Below, piece by piece: positions 27,697 through 41,100 of a stretch of DNA of 64,000 nucleotides. The notes beneath the pieces were generated by a model. It was not told where the DNA came from and did no database searches. It saw only the letters and a program-made list of their open reading frames with translations. The position numbers were made by a program, and so were the translations under genes. The stretch lies in assembly GCF_009914755.1 (NCBI RefSeq), contig NC_060941.1. One strand, written 5' to 3'. Each line of letters begins with the position of its first letter. Position 1 is the first letter of the stretch. This DNA is from the human T2T-CHM13v2.0 reference genome, Homo sapiens.

Positions 27697-28132
27697 GGAA
27701 TGGAATTGAATGCAGTGGAGTGGACTGGAGTGGAATTGAGTTGAGTGGAATGGAAAGGGAAGGAATGGGAATGAATGGAGAGGAGTAGAATTGAGTGGAG
27801 TGGAATGGAATTGAATGGAATGGAATGGAATGGATTCAAACGGAATGGAATGGAATGGAGTGGAATGGAATGGAACAGAATCGAATGGAATGGAATCAAA
27901 TGGAATCGAATGGAATGGATTGGAATGGAATTGAATGCAGTGGAGTGGACTGGAGTGGAATTGAGTTGAGTGGAATGGAAAGGGAAGGAATGGGAATGAA
28001 TGGAGAGGAGTAGAATTGAGTGGAGTGGAATGGAATTGAATGGAATGGAATGGAATGGATTCAAACGGAATGGAATGGAATGGAGTGGAATGGAATGGAA
28101 CAGAATCGAATGGAATGGAATCAAATGGAATC
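27697..28132 (+). repeat. Near-perfect 225 bp tandem duplication within one satellite monomer
   Basis: TGCAGTGGAGTGGACTGG occurs at 27711 and 27936, and CAGAATCG at 27876 and 28101. The duplication is also visible as a repeated block in the 27601..28194 translation. Confidence 0.9.
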
Positions 28133-31100
28133 AAATGGAATCGAATGGAATCAAATGGTTTTGAATCGAATCGAATCAAATCATATGGAATCAAAAGGAA
28201 TCGAATTGAATCGAATGAAATTGAATTGATCGAATGGAAAAAATGAAATTGAAAGGAATCGAATAGAATCGAATCGAATGGAATTGAGCGGCATCAAACG
28301 GAATCTAATGGAATGCGGTGAAATGGAGTGGAGTTGAGTGGAATGGAGTGGAATGGAATGGGGTGGAATGGAATTGAATGGAGTGGAGAGGAGTGGAATG
28401 GGTTGGAATGGAATGGAATGGGAAGGAATGGAATTGAACAGAGTGGAGTGGAGTGGAATGGAATGCAAAGGAATGGAATCCAATGGAATGGTGAAATGAA
28501 ATGTGAGCTGAGATTGCACACTGCACTCCAGCCTGGGTGACAGAGTGAGATCCTGTAGAAAGAAAGGAAGGGAATGGAATGGATTGAGAATGGAATGGAA
28601 TGGAATGGATTTAGAATGGAATGTAATGGAATGGAGTGGAGTGGAGTGGATTGGAGTGGAATGGGGTGGAATGGACTCGAGTAGAGTGGAGTGGAATGGA
28701 ATGGAATGAAATATAATGGAGTGAAATGGAGTAAAGTGGAATGGAATGGAATGGAGTGGAGTGGAATGGAGTTGAGTGGAGTGGAATGGAATGGAGTGGA
28801 ATGGAATGGAATGGAATGGAATGGAATGGAATGGAATCAAATGGAATCTAATTGAATTGAAACTAATAGAAACAACTCGAATCGAATCGAATCGAATGCA
28901 ATGGAATGGAATTGAATGGAATCGAATGGTATCGAATGGAAAAAATGGAATCAAATGGAATCAAACGGAATCAAATTGAAAGAATCGAATGGCGTAGAAT
29001 GAAATCAAATGGAATGCGATGAAGTGGAGTGGATTGTAGTGGAATGCAGTGGAAAAGAATGGGGTGGAATGGACTCGAATGGAGTGGAGTGGAGTGTTGT
29101 GGAATGGAGTAGAATGGAATGGAATGGGAAGGAATGGAATTGAATGGAGTGGAGTGGAGTGAAGTGGAATGGAATGCAATGGGATGGAATGGAATGGAAT
29201 GGAATGGTGAAATGAAATGTGAGCTGAGAATCTGCACTGCAATCCATACAGGGTGATAGAGTGAGATCATGAAGAAAGAAAGGAAGGGAATGGAATGGAT
29301 TTAGAATGGAATGTAAGGGTATTTAGTGGAGTGGAGTGGAGTCGCGTGGAGTGGAGTGGAGTGGAGTGGAATGGAGTGGTGTGGATTGTTATGGAATGGA
29401 ATGGAGTTGAGTGGAGTGGAGTGGGGTGAAGTGGAATGGAGTAGAGTGGAGTAGAAAGGTGCAGAATGGAATGGAGTGGAATGGAGCAGAGGGGAGGGGA
29501 GTGGAGTTGAGTGGAGTGGAATGGAATGGAGTGGAACGGAGTGGAGGGCAGTTGAATGGAATGGAGTGGAGTGGAGTGGAGTGAAGTGGAGTGGAATGGA
29601 CTGGAGTGGAGTCGAATTTACTGGAGTGGAATGGAATGGACGTGAGTGGAACGGAATGGATTGGAGTGGAATGGAATGGAGTAGAGTGGAATGGAGTGGA
29701 GTGGAGTGGTATGGAGTGGAATGGAATGGAAAGGATTGGAATGGAATGGAATGGAATGCATTGGAATGGAATGGAGTGGAATGGAATGGAAGGCAATGGA
29801 ATGGAATGGAATGGAATGCAAGGGAAACGAATGGATTGGAATCAAATGGAATCGAATGGAATTGAGTGGAATGGAATGGAATCGAATGGAATGGAATCAA
29901 ATAACATTGAATGAAATTGAAAGGAATGTGGTGAACTGGAAAGGACTGTCATGGAATGCGGTGGAATGGACTGGGGTGGAATGGAACTGAATGGAGTGGA
30001 GTGGAATGGAATGTAATGTGATAGAATGGAATGGAATGGTGAAACAAAATGTGAGTTGAGATTGTGCACTGCACTCCAGCCTGGGGGACAGAGAGATCCT
30101 GATGAAAGAAAGGAAGGGAAGGGAATAGATTTAGAATGGAATGGAATGGAATGGATTTGGAATGGAATGGAATGGAATGGAATGGATTTGGAATGGAATG
30201 GAATGGAAAGGGGTGGAGTGGAGTGGATTGGAGTGGAATGGAGTGGAGTGGAGTGGAATTGTGTGGAATGGAAATGAGTGGAGTGGAATGGAATGGAATG
30301 AAATGGAGTGAGTGGAATGGAGTGGAATCCAGTTTAGTGGAATGGAGTGGAATGCAGTGGAATGGAGTGGAATGGAATGGAGTGGAGGGGAATGGAGTGG
30401 AGTGGAATGTAATGGAGTGGAATGGAATGGAATGGAATGGAATGCAATGGAATGGAATGGAACTGAATGGAATGGAACGGAATCGAATAGAATCAAATCA
30501 ACTCAAATCAAATCGAATTGAATCAAATGGAATCAAATGGAATGGAATGGAATGGAATCAAGTGGAATGGAATTGAGTGGAATCGAATGGAATCAAATGG
30601 AATCAAATGGAATCAAATGGTTTCGAATCGAATCAAATCAAATCAAATGGAATCGAGTGGAATTGAATGGAATAGAATGAAATCGAATGGAAAAAATGAA
30701 ATTGAATGGAATTGAATGGAATCAATTCAAAAGGAATTGAGCGGCATTGAACGGAATCGAATGGAATGCGATGAAATGTACTGGAGTGGAGTGGAATGGA
30801 GTGGAATGGAATGGGGTGGAATGGAATTGAATGGAGTGGAGAGGAGTGGAATGTATTGGAATGGAATGGAATGGAAAGGAATGGATTTGAGCGGAGTGGA
30901 GTGGAGTGGAATGGAATGGAGTGGAATGGAATTTAAAGGAATGGAATGGTGAAATGAAAGGTGAGCTGAGATTGTGCACTGCATTCCAGCCTGGGTGACA
31001 GAGTGAGATCCTTTCGAAGAAAGGAATGTAATGGAATGGAATGGAATGTAGTGGAGGGGATTGGAGTGGCGTGTAGTGTAGTGAAGTGGAGTGAAATGGA

Positions 31101-34100
31101 GTGGAATGTATTGTTATGGAATGGAATGGAGTGGAATGGAGTGGAGTGGGATAAAATGGAGTGGAATGGAGTGGAATGGAATGGGATGGAACGGAAAGGA
31201 GTAGAGTGTACTGGTGTGGAGTGGAAAGGTGTAGAATGGAATGGATTGGAAAGGATTGGAGTGGAGTTGAGTGGAGTGCAATGGAATGGAATGGAATTGT
31301 GTGGAGAGGAGTAGAATGGAGTGGAGTGCAGTGGAGTGAAGTGACGTGGAATGGAATGGAGTGCAGTGGAATGGAATGGAGTGGAGTGGAATGGAATGGA
31401 GGGGATGGAATTAACTGGAGTGGAATGGAATGGACTGTAGTGGAATGGAAAGGAATGGAGTGGAGTGGAATGGAGTGGAGTGGAGTCTTATTGTGTGGAA
31501 TGGAATGCAATGTTGTGGAGTGGAGGAGAGTGGAGTGGAGTGGACTGGAGTGTAGGGGAATGGAGTGGAATGGAATGGAGAGGAGTGGAGTGGAATGGAG
31601 GGGGTGGAATGGAGTGGAGTGGAGCGGTTTGGATTGCAATGGAATGGAATGGAATGGAATGGAATGAAGTGAAGTTGAATGGAGTGGAATGGATTGGAAA
31701 GGAATGGAATGCAATGGAATGCAATGCAATGGAATGGAATGGAAAGGAATGGAGTGGAATGGAATGGAATGGAATGGATTCGAATCGAACGGAATGTAAT
31801 GGAATCGAATGGAATGGAATTGAATGAAATCAAATGGAATGGAATAGAATTGAATGGAAGGGAATCGAATAGCATCGAATGGAATCGACTGGAATGTGGT
31901 GAAGCGGAGTGGAGTGGAGTGGAATGGGACGGAATGGAATCGAATGGAACTGAATCGAATCAAATCAAATCGAATTGAATGGAATCGAGTCAAATGGAAT
32001 CGAACGGAATCGAATGGAATCGAATGGAAAAAATGGATTCGAATGGAATCGAATAAAATGTAATCGAATGGCATCAAACGGAATCGAATGGAATGCGCTG
32101 AACTGGAATTGAGTGGAATGGATTGGGGTGGAATGGAATTCAATGGAGTGGAGTGGAGTGGAATGGAATCGAATGGAATGGAATGGGAAGGAATGGAATT
32201 GACCACAGTGGAGTGGAGTGGACTGGAGTGGAGTGGAGTGGAGTGGAGTGGAGTGGAGTGGAATGCAATGGAATGGAATGGAAAGGAATGGAATCGAATG
32301 GAATTGTGAAATGAAATGTGAGCTGAGATTGTGCACTGCAGTGCAGCCTGGGTGATAGAGTGAGACCCTGTCGAAAGAAAGGAATGGATTTAGAATGGAA
32401 TGGAGTGGAGTGGAGTGCAGTGGAATGGAGTGGTATGGATTGTTATGGAATGGAATGGAGTGGAGTGGAGTGGGGTGGAATGGAGAGGACTGGAATGGAG
32501 TGGAATGGAATGGGATGGAATGGAATGGAGTGGAGTGGAGAGGAAATGTGTAGAATGGAATTGAATGGAATGGAGTTGAGTGGAGTGGAGTGGAGTTGAG
32601 TGGAATGGAGTGGAATGGAGTGCAGAGGAATGGAGTGGAGTGGGGTGGAGTGGAGTGGAATGGAATGGAATGGAATGAAATGGAATGGAATCAAAATGAA
32701 TGGAATGGAATGGAATGGAATGGTGAAATGAAATGTGAGCTGAGATTGTGCACTGCACTCCAGCCTGGGAGATGGAGTGAGATTCCGTCGAAAGAAAGGA
32801 ATGGAATGGAATGGATTTAAAATGGAATGGAATGTAATGGAGTGGAGTGGCGTGGAGTGGAGTGGAGTGGAGTGGAATTGAGTGGTATGGATTGTTATGG
32901 AATGGAATGGAATGGAGTGGAGCGGAGTGGAGTGGGGTGGAGTGGAGTGGAATGGAGAGGAATGGAATGGGATGGAATGGAATGAAGTGGAGTGGAGCGG
33001 CGTAGAGTGGAGTGGAGTGGAATTTAGTGGTATGGATTGTTATGGAATGGAATGGAGTGGAGTGGAGTGGAGTGGGGTGGGGTGGAGTGGAGTGGAGGGG
33101 AATGGAGTGGAATGGAATGGGGAGGAGTGGAGTGGAGTGGAAAGTTGTAGAATGGAATGGAATGGAATATAGTGGAGTGGAGTGGAGGGGAGTTGAGTGC
33201 AGTGGAATGGAATGGAGTGGAATGAAGTGGAGTGGAGTGGAATGGAGAGGAGTGGAGTGGAGTGGAATGGAGCAGAGTGGAGTGGAGTAGAGCGAAGTGA
33301 AGTGGAGTGGAATGGAATGGAGTGGAGTGGAATGGAATGGAGTGGAGTGGAAAGCAATGGAATGGAGTGGAATGGACTGGAGTGGAGTTTAATGGAGTGG
33401 AATGGAATGGAATGGATTGGAGTGAAGTGGCATGGAGTGCAGTGCAATGGAGTGGAGTGGAGTGGAATGGAATGGAATGGAATGAAATGGAATGGAATTG
33501 AAAGGAATCAAATGCAATGGATTGCAATGGAATGGAATGGAATGGAATGGAATGCAATGAAATGGTGTGGAAAGGAGTGGAATGGAGTGGAACGGAAGGG
33601 GGTGGAATGGAATACAATGGAGTGGAGTGCAGTGGAGTGGCATGGAGTGGAGTGGAATGGAATGGGAAGGAATTGAATTGAACAGAGTGGATTTTAGTGG
33701 AGTGAAGTGGAATGCAATGGAATGGAATGGTGAAATGAAATGTGAGCTCAGATTGTGCGCTGCACTCCAGCCTGGGTGACCTAGTGAGATCCTGTCAAAA
33801 GAAACGAATGGAATGGAATAGATTTAAAATGGAATGTAATGGAATGGACTGGAGTGGAGTGGAGTAGCGTGGAGTGGAGTGGAGTGGAATGGAGTGCTAT
33901 GGATTCTTATGGAATGGAATGGAATGGAATGGAGTGGAGTGGGGTGAATTGGAGTGGAGTGCAATTGAGTGGAATGGAATGGGATGGAATGGAATGGAGT
34001 GGAGTGGAGTGGAAAGGTGTAGAGCGGAATGGAATGGAGTATAGTGGAGTGGAGTGGAGTGGAGGGCAGTTGAGTGCAGTGAAATGGAATGGAGTGGAAT

Positions 34101-35705
34101 GGAGCAGAGTGGAGTGGAGTGGAGTGAAGTGAAGTGGAGTGGAATGGAATGGAGTGGAGTGAAATGGAATGGAGTGGAGTGGAATGGACTGCAGTGGAGT
34201 GGAATGGACTGGAATGGAATGGAATGGACTGGGATGGAATGGTATGGAGTGGAGCGGAATGGAATGGAGAGCAGTGGAGTGGAGTGGAATGCAGAGGAGT
34301 GGAATGGAGAAGAATGGACCTGACTGGAGTGGAATGGAGTGGAATGGAATGGAGTGGAGTGGAGTGGAGTGGAATGGAGTGCAGTGCAATGGAGTGAAGT
34401 GGAGTGGAATGGAATGGAATTGAATGAAATGTAATGGAATCAAAAGAAATCAAATAAAATGGAACGGAATGGAATGGAATGGAATGGAACGGAATGCGGT
34501 GAAATGTTGTGGAGTGGAGTGGAATGGAGTGGAATGGAATGGGGTGGAATGGAATTCAATGGAGTGGATTGGAGTGGAATGGCGTGGAGTGGAATGGAAT
34601 GGGTAGGAACGGAATTGAACAGAGTGGAGTGGAGTGGAGTGAAGTGGAATGGAATGCAATGGAATGGAATGGAGAAATCAAATGTGAGCTGAGATTATGC
34701 ACTGCACTCCAGCCTGGGTGACCTAGTGAGATCCTGTCAAAAGAAAGGAATGGAATGGAATGGATTTGAAATGGAATGTAATGTAATGGAGTGGAGTGGA
34801 GTGGAATAGCGTGGAGTGGAGTGGAATGGAGTGGTATGGATTCTTATGGAATGGAATGGAATGGAATGCAGTGGACTGGAGTGGGGTGTAGTGGAGTGGA
34901 ATAGAGTGGAATGGAATGAGATGGAATGTAATGGGGTGGAGAGGAGTGGAGTGGAATGGTGTAGAATGGAGTGGAATGGAGTGGAGTGGAGTGGATTGGA
35001 GTTGAGTGGAGTAGATTGGAGTGCAGTGGAATGGAGTTGAATGGAGTGGAGTGGAATGGAGTGGAGTGGAGTGGAGTGGAATTGAATGGAATGGAGTCGA
35101 ATGGAATGTAATCGAATCAAATGGATTGGAATGGAATGGAATGGAATCGAATCGAATAGCATCGAATGGAATCGATTGGAATGTGGTGAAGTGGAGTGGA
35201 GTGGAGTGGAAAGGTGGAGAATGGAATGGAATGGAGAGGAGTGGAGTGGAGTGGAGTTTAGTGGAGTGGATTGGAGTGCAGTGGAATGGAGTGGAATGGA
35301 GTGGAGTGGAATGGAGTGGAGTGTGTTGGAGTAGAGTGGAGTGGAGCGGAATGGAATAGAATGAAAAGGAATGGAGTGAAATGGAATGGAATGGAAAGGA
35401 AGGCAATGGAATGGAATGGAATGGAATGGAATCGAATCGAATCGAATCGAATCGAATCGAATTGAATGGAGTCAAATGTAATGGAATGGAAATGAATGGA
35501 ATGGAATCCAATGGAATGCGGTGAAATGGAGTGGAGTGGGTTGGAATGGAGTGGAATGAAAAGGGGTGGAATAGAAATGAATGGAGTGGAGTGGAGTAGA
35601 ATGGAGTGGAGTGGAATGGAATGGGAAGGAATGGAATTGAACGGAGTGGAGTAGAGTGGAATGAAACGCAATGGAATGGAATTAAATGGAATGCTGAAAT
35701 GAAAT

Positions 35706-38700
35706 GTGAGCTGAGATTGCACAGTGCACTCCAGCCTGGGTGACAGAGTGAGATCCTGTTGAAAGAAAGGAAGGGAATGGAATGGATTTAGAATGGAATA
35801 TAATGGAATGGATTTAGAATGGAATGTAATGGAATGGAGTAGATTGGAGTGGAGTGGAGTGGAATGGAGTGGAGTGGAATGGATTGGAATGGAATGGAAT
35901 GGAGTGAAAAGAAGTGAAATGGAGTGGGGTGGAATGGTATGGAATGCAGTCGAGCAGAGTGGAGTGAAATGGAGTGGAGTGGAGTGGAATGGAATTGAGT
36001 GAAATGGAATGGAATGAAGTGGAATGCAATATAATGGAAGGGAATTGAATGGAGTGGAGTAGAGTGGAATGGAGTGGAGTGGAGTGGAGTGGAGTGGAAT
36101 GGAGTGGAGTGGAATTGAGTGGAATGGAATGGAATGGAATGGATTGGAATCAAACGGAATGGAATCGAATGGAATGGAATGGAATGGAATGGAATGGAAT
36201 GGAATTGAATGACATTGAATGGAATGGAATGGAATTGAATGACATCGAATGGAATTGAATGGAATGTGTTGAAGTGGAGTGGAGTGGAATGGAGTGGAAT
36301 GGAATGGGGTGGAATGAAATTTAATGGAGTGCAGGGAAATGGAGTGGAATGGAGTGGAGTGGAATGGACTGGGAAGGAAAGGAATTGAACAGAGTAGAGT
36401 GGAGTGGAGTGGTGTGGAATGGAATGCAATGGAATGGAATGGACTGGAATAGTGAAATGATATGTGAGCTGAGATTGTGCACTGCACTCCAACCTGGGTG
36501 ACAGAGTGAGATCCTGTCATAAGAAAGGAAGGGAATGGAATGGATTTACAATGGAATGTAATGGAATGGAGTGGAGTGAAGTGGAGTGGCGTGGAGTGGA
36601 GTGGAGTGGAACGGAATGGTATGGATTGTTATGGAATGGAATTCAATGGAGTGGACTGGAGTGCTGTGGGGTGGAGTGGAATGGAGTGTAGTTGAATGGA
36701 GTGGAATGGAATGCGATGGAATGGAGTGGAGTTGAGCAGAGTGAAGTGGAAAGGTGTAGAATGGAATGGAATGGAGTGGAGTGGAGTGGACTCGAATTGA
36801 GTGGAGTGGAATGGAATGGAGTGGAATGGCGTGGAGTGGAATGGAGTGGAGTGGAGTTTACTGGAATGGAGTGGAATGGAGTGGAGTGGATTCGAATGAA
36901 AAGGAGTGGAGTGGAGTGGAATGGAATGGAGTGGACTGGAATGGAATGGAGTGGAGTGGAATGGAGTAGAGTGGAGTGTAATGGAATGGAATGAAATGGA
37001 GTGGAATGGAATGGAATTGAATGCAATGGAGTGGAATGGCGAAATGAAATGTGAGCTGAGATTGTGCACTGCCCTCCAGCCTGGGTGAGAGAGTGAGATC
37101 CTGTCAAAAGAAAACAAAGGAATGGAATGGATTTAGAATGGAATGGAATGAAACGGAATGGAAAGGAAGGCAGTGGAAAGGAATGGGGTGTAATGTAGTG
37201 GAGTGGAAATGGAGTGGAGTGGAGTGGAGTGGAATGGAATGGAATCGAATCAAATGGAATAGAATCGAATCGAATGGAATAGAATCGAATGGAATCGAAT
37301 GGAATACGGAGAACTGGAATGGAGTGGAGTGGAATGGAGTGGAAGGGAATGGGGTGGAATGGAATTCAATGGAGTGGAGTGGAATGGAATCGAAAGGAAT
37401 GGAATGGGAAGGAATGGAATTGAACGGAGTGCAGTGGAGTGGAGTGGAATGGAATGCAAAGGAATGGAATGGAATGGAATGGAATGGAATGGAATGGAAT
37501 GGAATGGAATGCAAAGGAATGGAATGGAATGGAATGGAATGGAATGGAATGGTGAAATGAAATGTGAGCTGAGATTGTGCAGTGCAATGCAGCCTGGGTG
37601 ACCTAGTGCGATCCTGTCAAAAGAAAGGAATGGAATTCAATAGATTTAAAATAGAATATAATGGAATAGAGTGGAGTGGAGTGGATTAGCGTGGAGTGGA
37701 GTGGAGTGGAATGGAATGGGAAGGAATGGAATTGAACGGAGTGGAGTGGAATGAAATGCAATGGAATGGAATTGAATGGAATGGTGAAATGAAATGTAAG
37801 CTGAGATTGCGCACTGCACTCCAGCCTGGGTGACAGAGTGAGATCCTGTCGAAAGAAAGGAAGGGAATTGAATGTATTTAGAATGGAATATAATGGAATG
37901 GATTTAGAATGGAATGGAGTAGATTGGAGTGGGGTGCAGTGGAATGGAGTGGAGTGGAATGGAGTGCAGTGGAATGGCGTGGAGTGGAATGGAGTGAAGT
38001 GGAATGGAGTGTAGTGGAATGGAGTGGAGTGGAATGGAATGGAATGGAATGGAAAGGAATGGAGTGAAAAGAAGTGAAATGGAGTGGGATGCAATGGCAT
38101 GGAATGGAGTCGAGCGGAGTGGAGTGGAATGGAGTGGAGTGCAGTGGAATGGAATTGAGTGGAATGTAATGTAATGGAATGTAGTGGAATGGAATATAAT
38201 GGAAGGGAATGCGATGGAGTGGAGTGGAGTGGAATGGAGTGGAGTGGAGTGGAATGGAGTGGAGTGCAATGGAGTGGAATGGAATGGAATGGAGTGGATT
38301 GGAATTGAATGGAATGGAATAGAATGGAATGGAATGGAATCGAATGAAATGGAATTGAACAGCATCAAATGGAATTGAATGGAATGTGGTGAAGTGGAGT
38401 GGAGTGGAGTGGAAGGGAGTGGAATGGAATGGGGTGGAATGAAATTTAATGGAATGGAGTGAAGTGGAGTGGAATGGAGTGGAGTGGAATGGACTGGGAA
38501 TGAATGGAATTGAATGGAGTGGAGTGGAGTGGTGTGGAATGGAATGCAATGGAATGGAATGGACTGGAATGGTGAAATGATATGTGAGCTGAGATTGTGC
38601 ACTGCACTCCAACCTGGTGACAGAGTGAGATCCTGTCATAAGAAAGGAATGGAATGGAATGGATTTACAATGGAATGTAATGGAATGAAGTGGAGTGGAG

Positions 38701-41100
38701 TGGAGTGGAGTGGAACGGAATGGTATGGATTGTTATGGAATGGAATGCAATGGAGTGGAGTGGAGTGCTGTGGGGTGGAGTGGAGTGGAGTGGAATGGAG
38801 TGGAATGGAATGGGATGGAATGGAATGGAGTGGAGTGGAGTGGAAAGGTGTAGAATGGAATGGAGTGGACTGGAATTGAGTGGAGTGGAATGGAATGGAG
38901 TGGAATGGAGTGGAGTGGAGTTTAGTGGAATGGAGTGGAGTGGATTGGAATGAATGGGAGTGGAGTGGAGTGGGGTGGAATGGAGTGGACTGGAATGGAA
39001 TGGAGTGGAGTGGAATGGAGTGGAGTGGAGTGGAATGGAATGGAATGCAATGGAGTGGAATGAAATGGAATGGAATGAAATGGAATGGAATGGCATGGAA
39101 TGGTGAAATGAAATATGAGCTGAGATTGTGCACTGCACTCCAGCCTGGATGAGAGTGTGAGATCCTGTCGAAAGAAAGGAATGGAATGAAATGGATTTAG
39201 AATGGAATGGAATGAAATGGAATGGAATGGAGTGGAATGGTATGAGGTGGAATGGAGTGGAGTGCAGTGGAGTGGAGTGGAATGGAGTGGAGTGGAATGG
39301 AATGGAATGGAATCGAATGGAACCGAATCTAATCGAATCAAATGGAATCGGATCGAATGGAATCGAATGGAATCAAATGGAATCGAATGGAAAAAATGGA
39401 ATCGAACGGAATTGAACGGAATCGAATCAAATGGAATTGAATGGAAAAAATGGAATCGAATGGAATTGAATGGAATCGAATCGAATGGAATCGAATGGCA
39501 TCGAATGGAATCAAATGGAATGCGCTGAAGTGGAATGGAGTGGAATGGAATGGGGTGGAATGGAATTCAACGGAGTGGAGTGGAGTGGAATGGAATCAAA
39601 TGGAATGGAATGGGAAGGAATGGAATTGAACGGAGTGGAGAGGAGTGGAATGGAATGCAATGGAATGCAATGGAATGGAATGGTGAAATGAAATGTGAGC
39701 TGAGATTGTGCAGTGCAGTGAAGCCTGGGCGAACTAGTGAGATCCTGTAAAAAGAAAGGAATGAAATTGAATGGATTTAAAATGGAATGTAATGGAATGG
39801 AGTGGAGTGGAGTGGAGTCGAGTGGAATGGAGTGGAGTGGAATGGAATGGGAAGGAATGGAATTGAACGGAGTGGAGTGGAGTGGAATGAAATGCAATGG
39901 AATGGAATCGAATGGAATGGCAAAATGAAATGTGAGCTGAGATTGCGCACTGCACTCCAGCCTGGGTGACAGAGTGAGATCCTGTTGAAAGAAAGGAAGG
40001 GAATGGAATGGATTTAGAATGGAATATAATGGAATGGATTTAGAATGGAATGTAATGGAATGGAGTAGATTGGAGTGGAGTGGAATGGAGTGGAGTGGAG
40101 TGGAGTGGAATGGAGTGGAGTGGAATGGAGTGCGGTGGAATGGAATGGAATGGAGTGAAAAGAAGTGAAATGGAGTGGGGTGGAATGGCATGGAATGGAG
40201 TCGAGCGGAGTGGAGTGGAATGGAGTGGAGTGGAGTGGAAAGGAATTGAGTGGAATGGAATGGAATAGAGTGGACTGGAATATAATGGAAGGGAATGGAA
40301 TGGAGTGGAGTGGAGTGGAGTGGAATAGAGTGGACTGGAATTGAATGGAGTGGAGTGGAATGGAGTGGAGTGGAGTGGAATGTAATGAAATGCAATGGAG
40401 TGGAATGGAATGGAATGGAATGGAATGCAATGGAATGGGATGGCATGGAATGGTGAAATGAAATGTGAGCTGAGATTGTGCACTGCCCTCCAGCCTGGGT
40501 GAGAGAGTGAGATCCTGTCGAAAGAAAGGAATGGAATGGAACGGATTTAGAATGGAATGGAATGAAATGGAATGGAATGGAATGGAGTGGACTGGAATGG
40601 AATGGAATGGAGTGGAATGGAATGGAGTGGAATGGAATGGAATGGAGTGGAATGGAATGGAGTGGAATGGAATGGGGTGGAATGGAGTGGAGTAGAATGG
40701 AATGGAATCGAATGGGATCAAATGGAATTGAATCGAATCGAATCAAATGGAGCCGAATCAAATGGAATCGAATGGAAAAAAATGGAATCGAATGGAATCA
40801 AATTGAATGGAATCGAATGGCATCAAATGGAATCGAATGGAATGTGGTGAGGTGGAATGGAGTGGAATGGAATGGGGTGGAATGGAATTCAATGGAGTGG
40901 AGTGGAGTGGAATGGAATTGAATGGAATGGAATCGGAAGCAATGGAATTGAAAGGAGTGGAGTGGAGTGGAATGGAATGGAATGGAATGCAATGGAATGG
41001 AATGGAATGGAATGCAATGGAATGGAATGGTGAAATGAAATGTGAGCTGAGATTGTGCAGTGCAGTGCAGCCTGGTTGATAGAGTGAGATCCTGTTGAAA
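35706..41100 (+). repeat. Second block of the same ~2.1 kb four-monomer higher-order repeat; third copy has an internal deletion
   Basis: Same variant order at 35706/36464/37051/37564, then 37796/38584/39115/39695, then 39932/40465/41042 (one cassette type missing). Confidence 0.85.
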
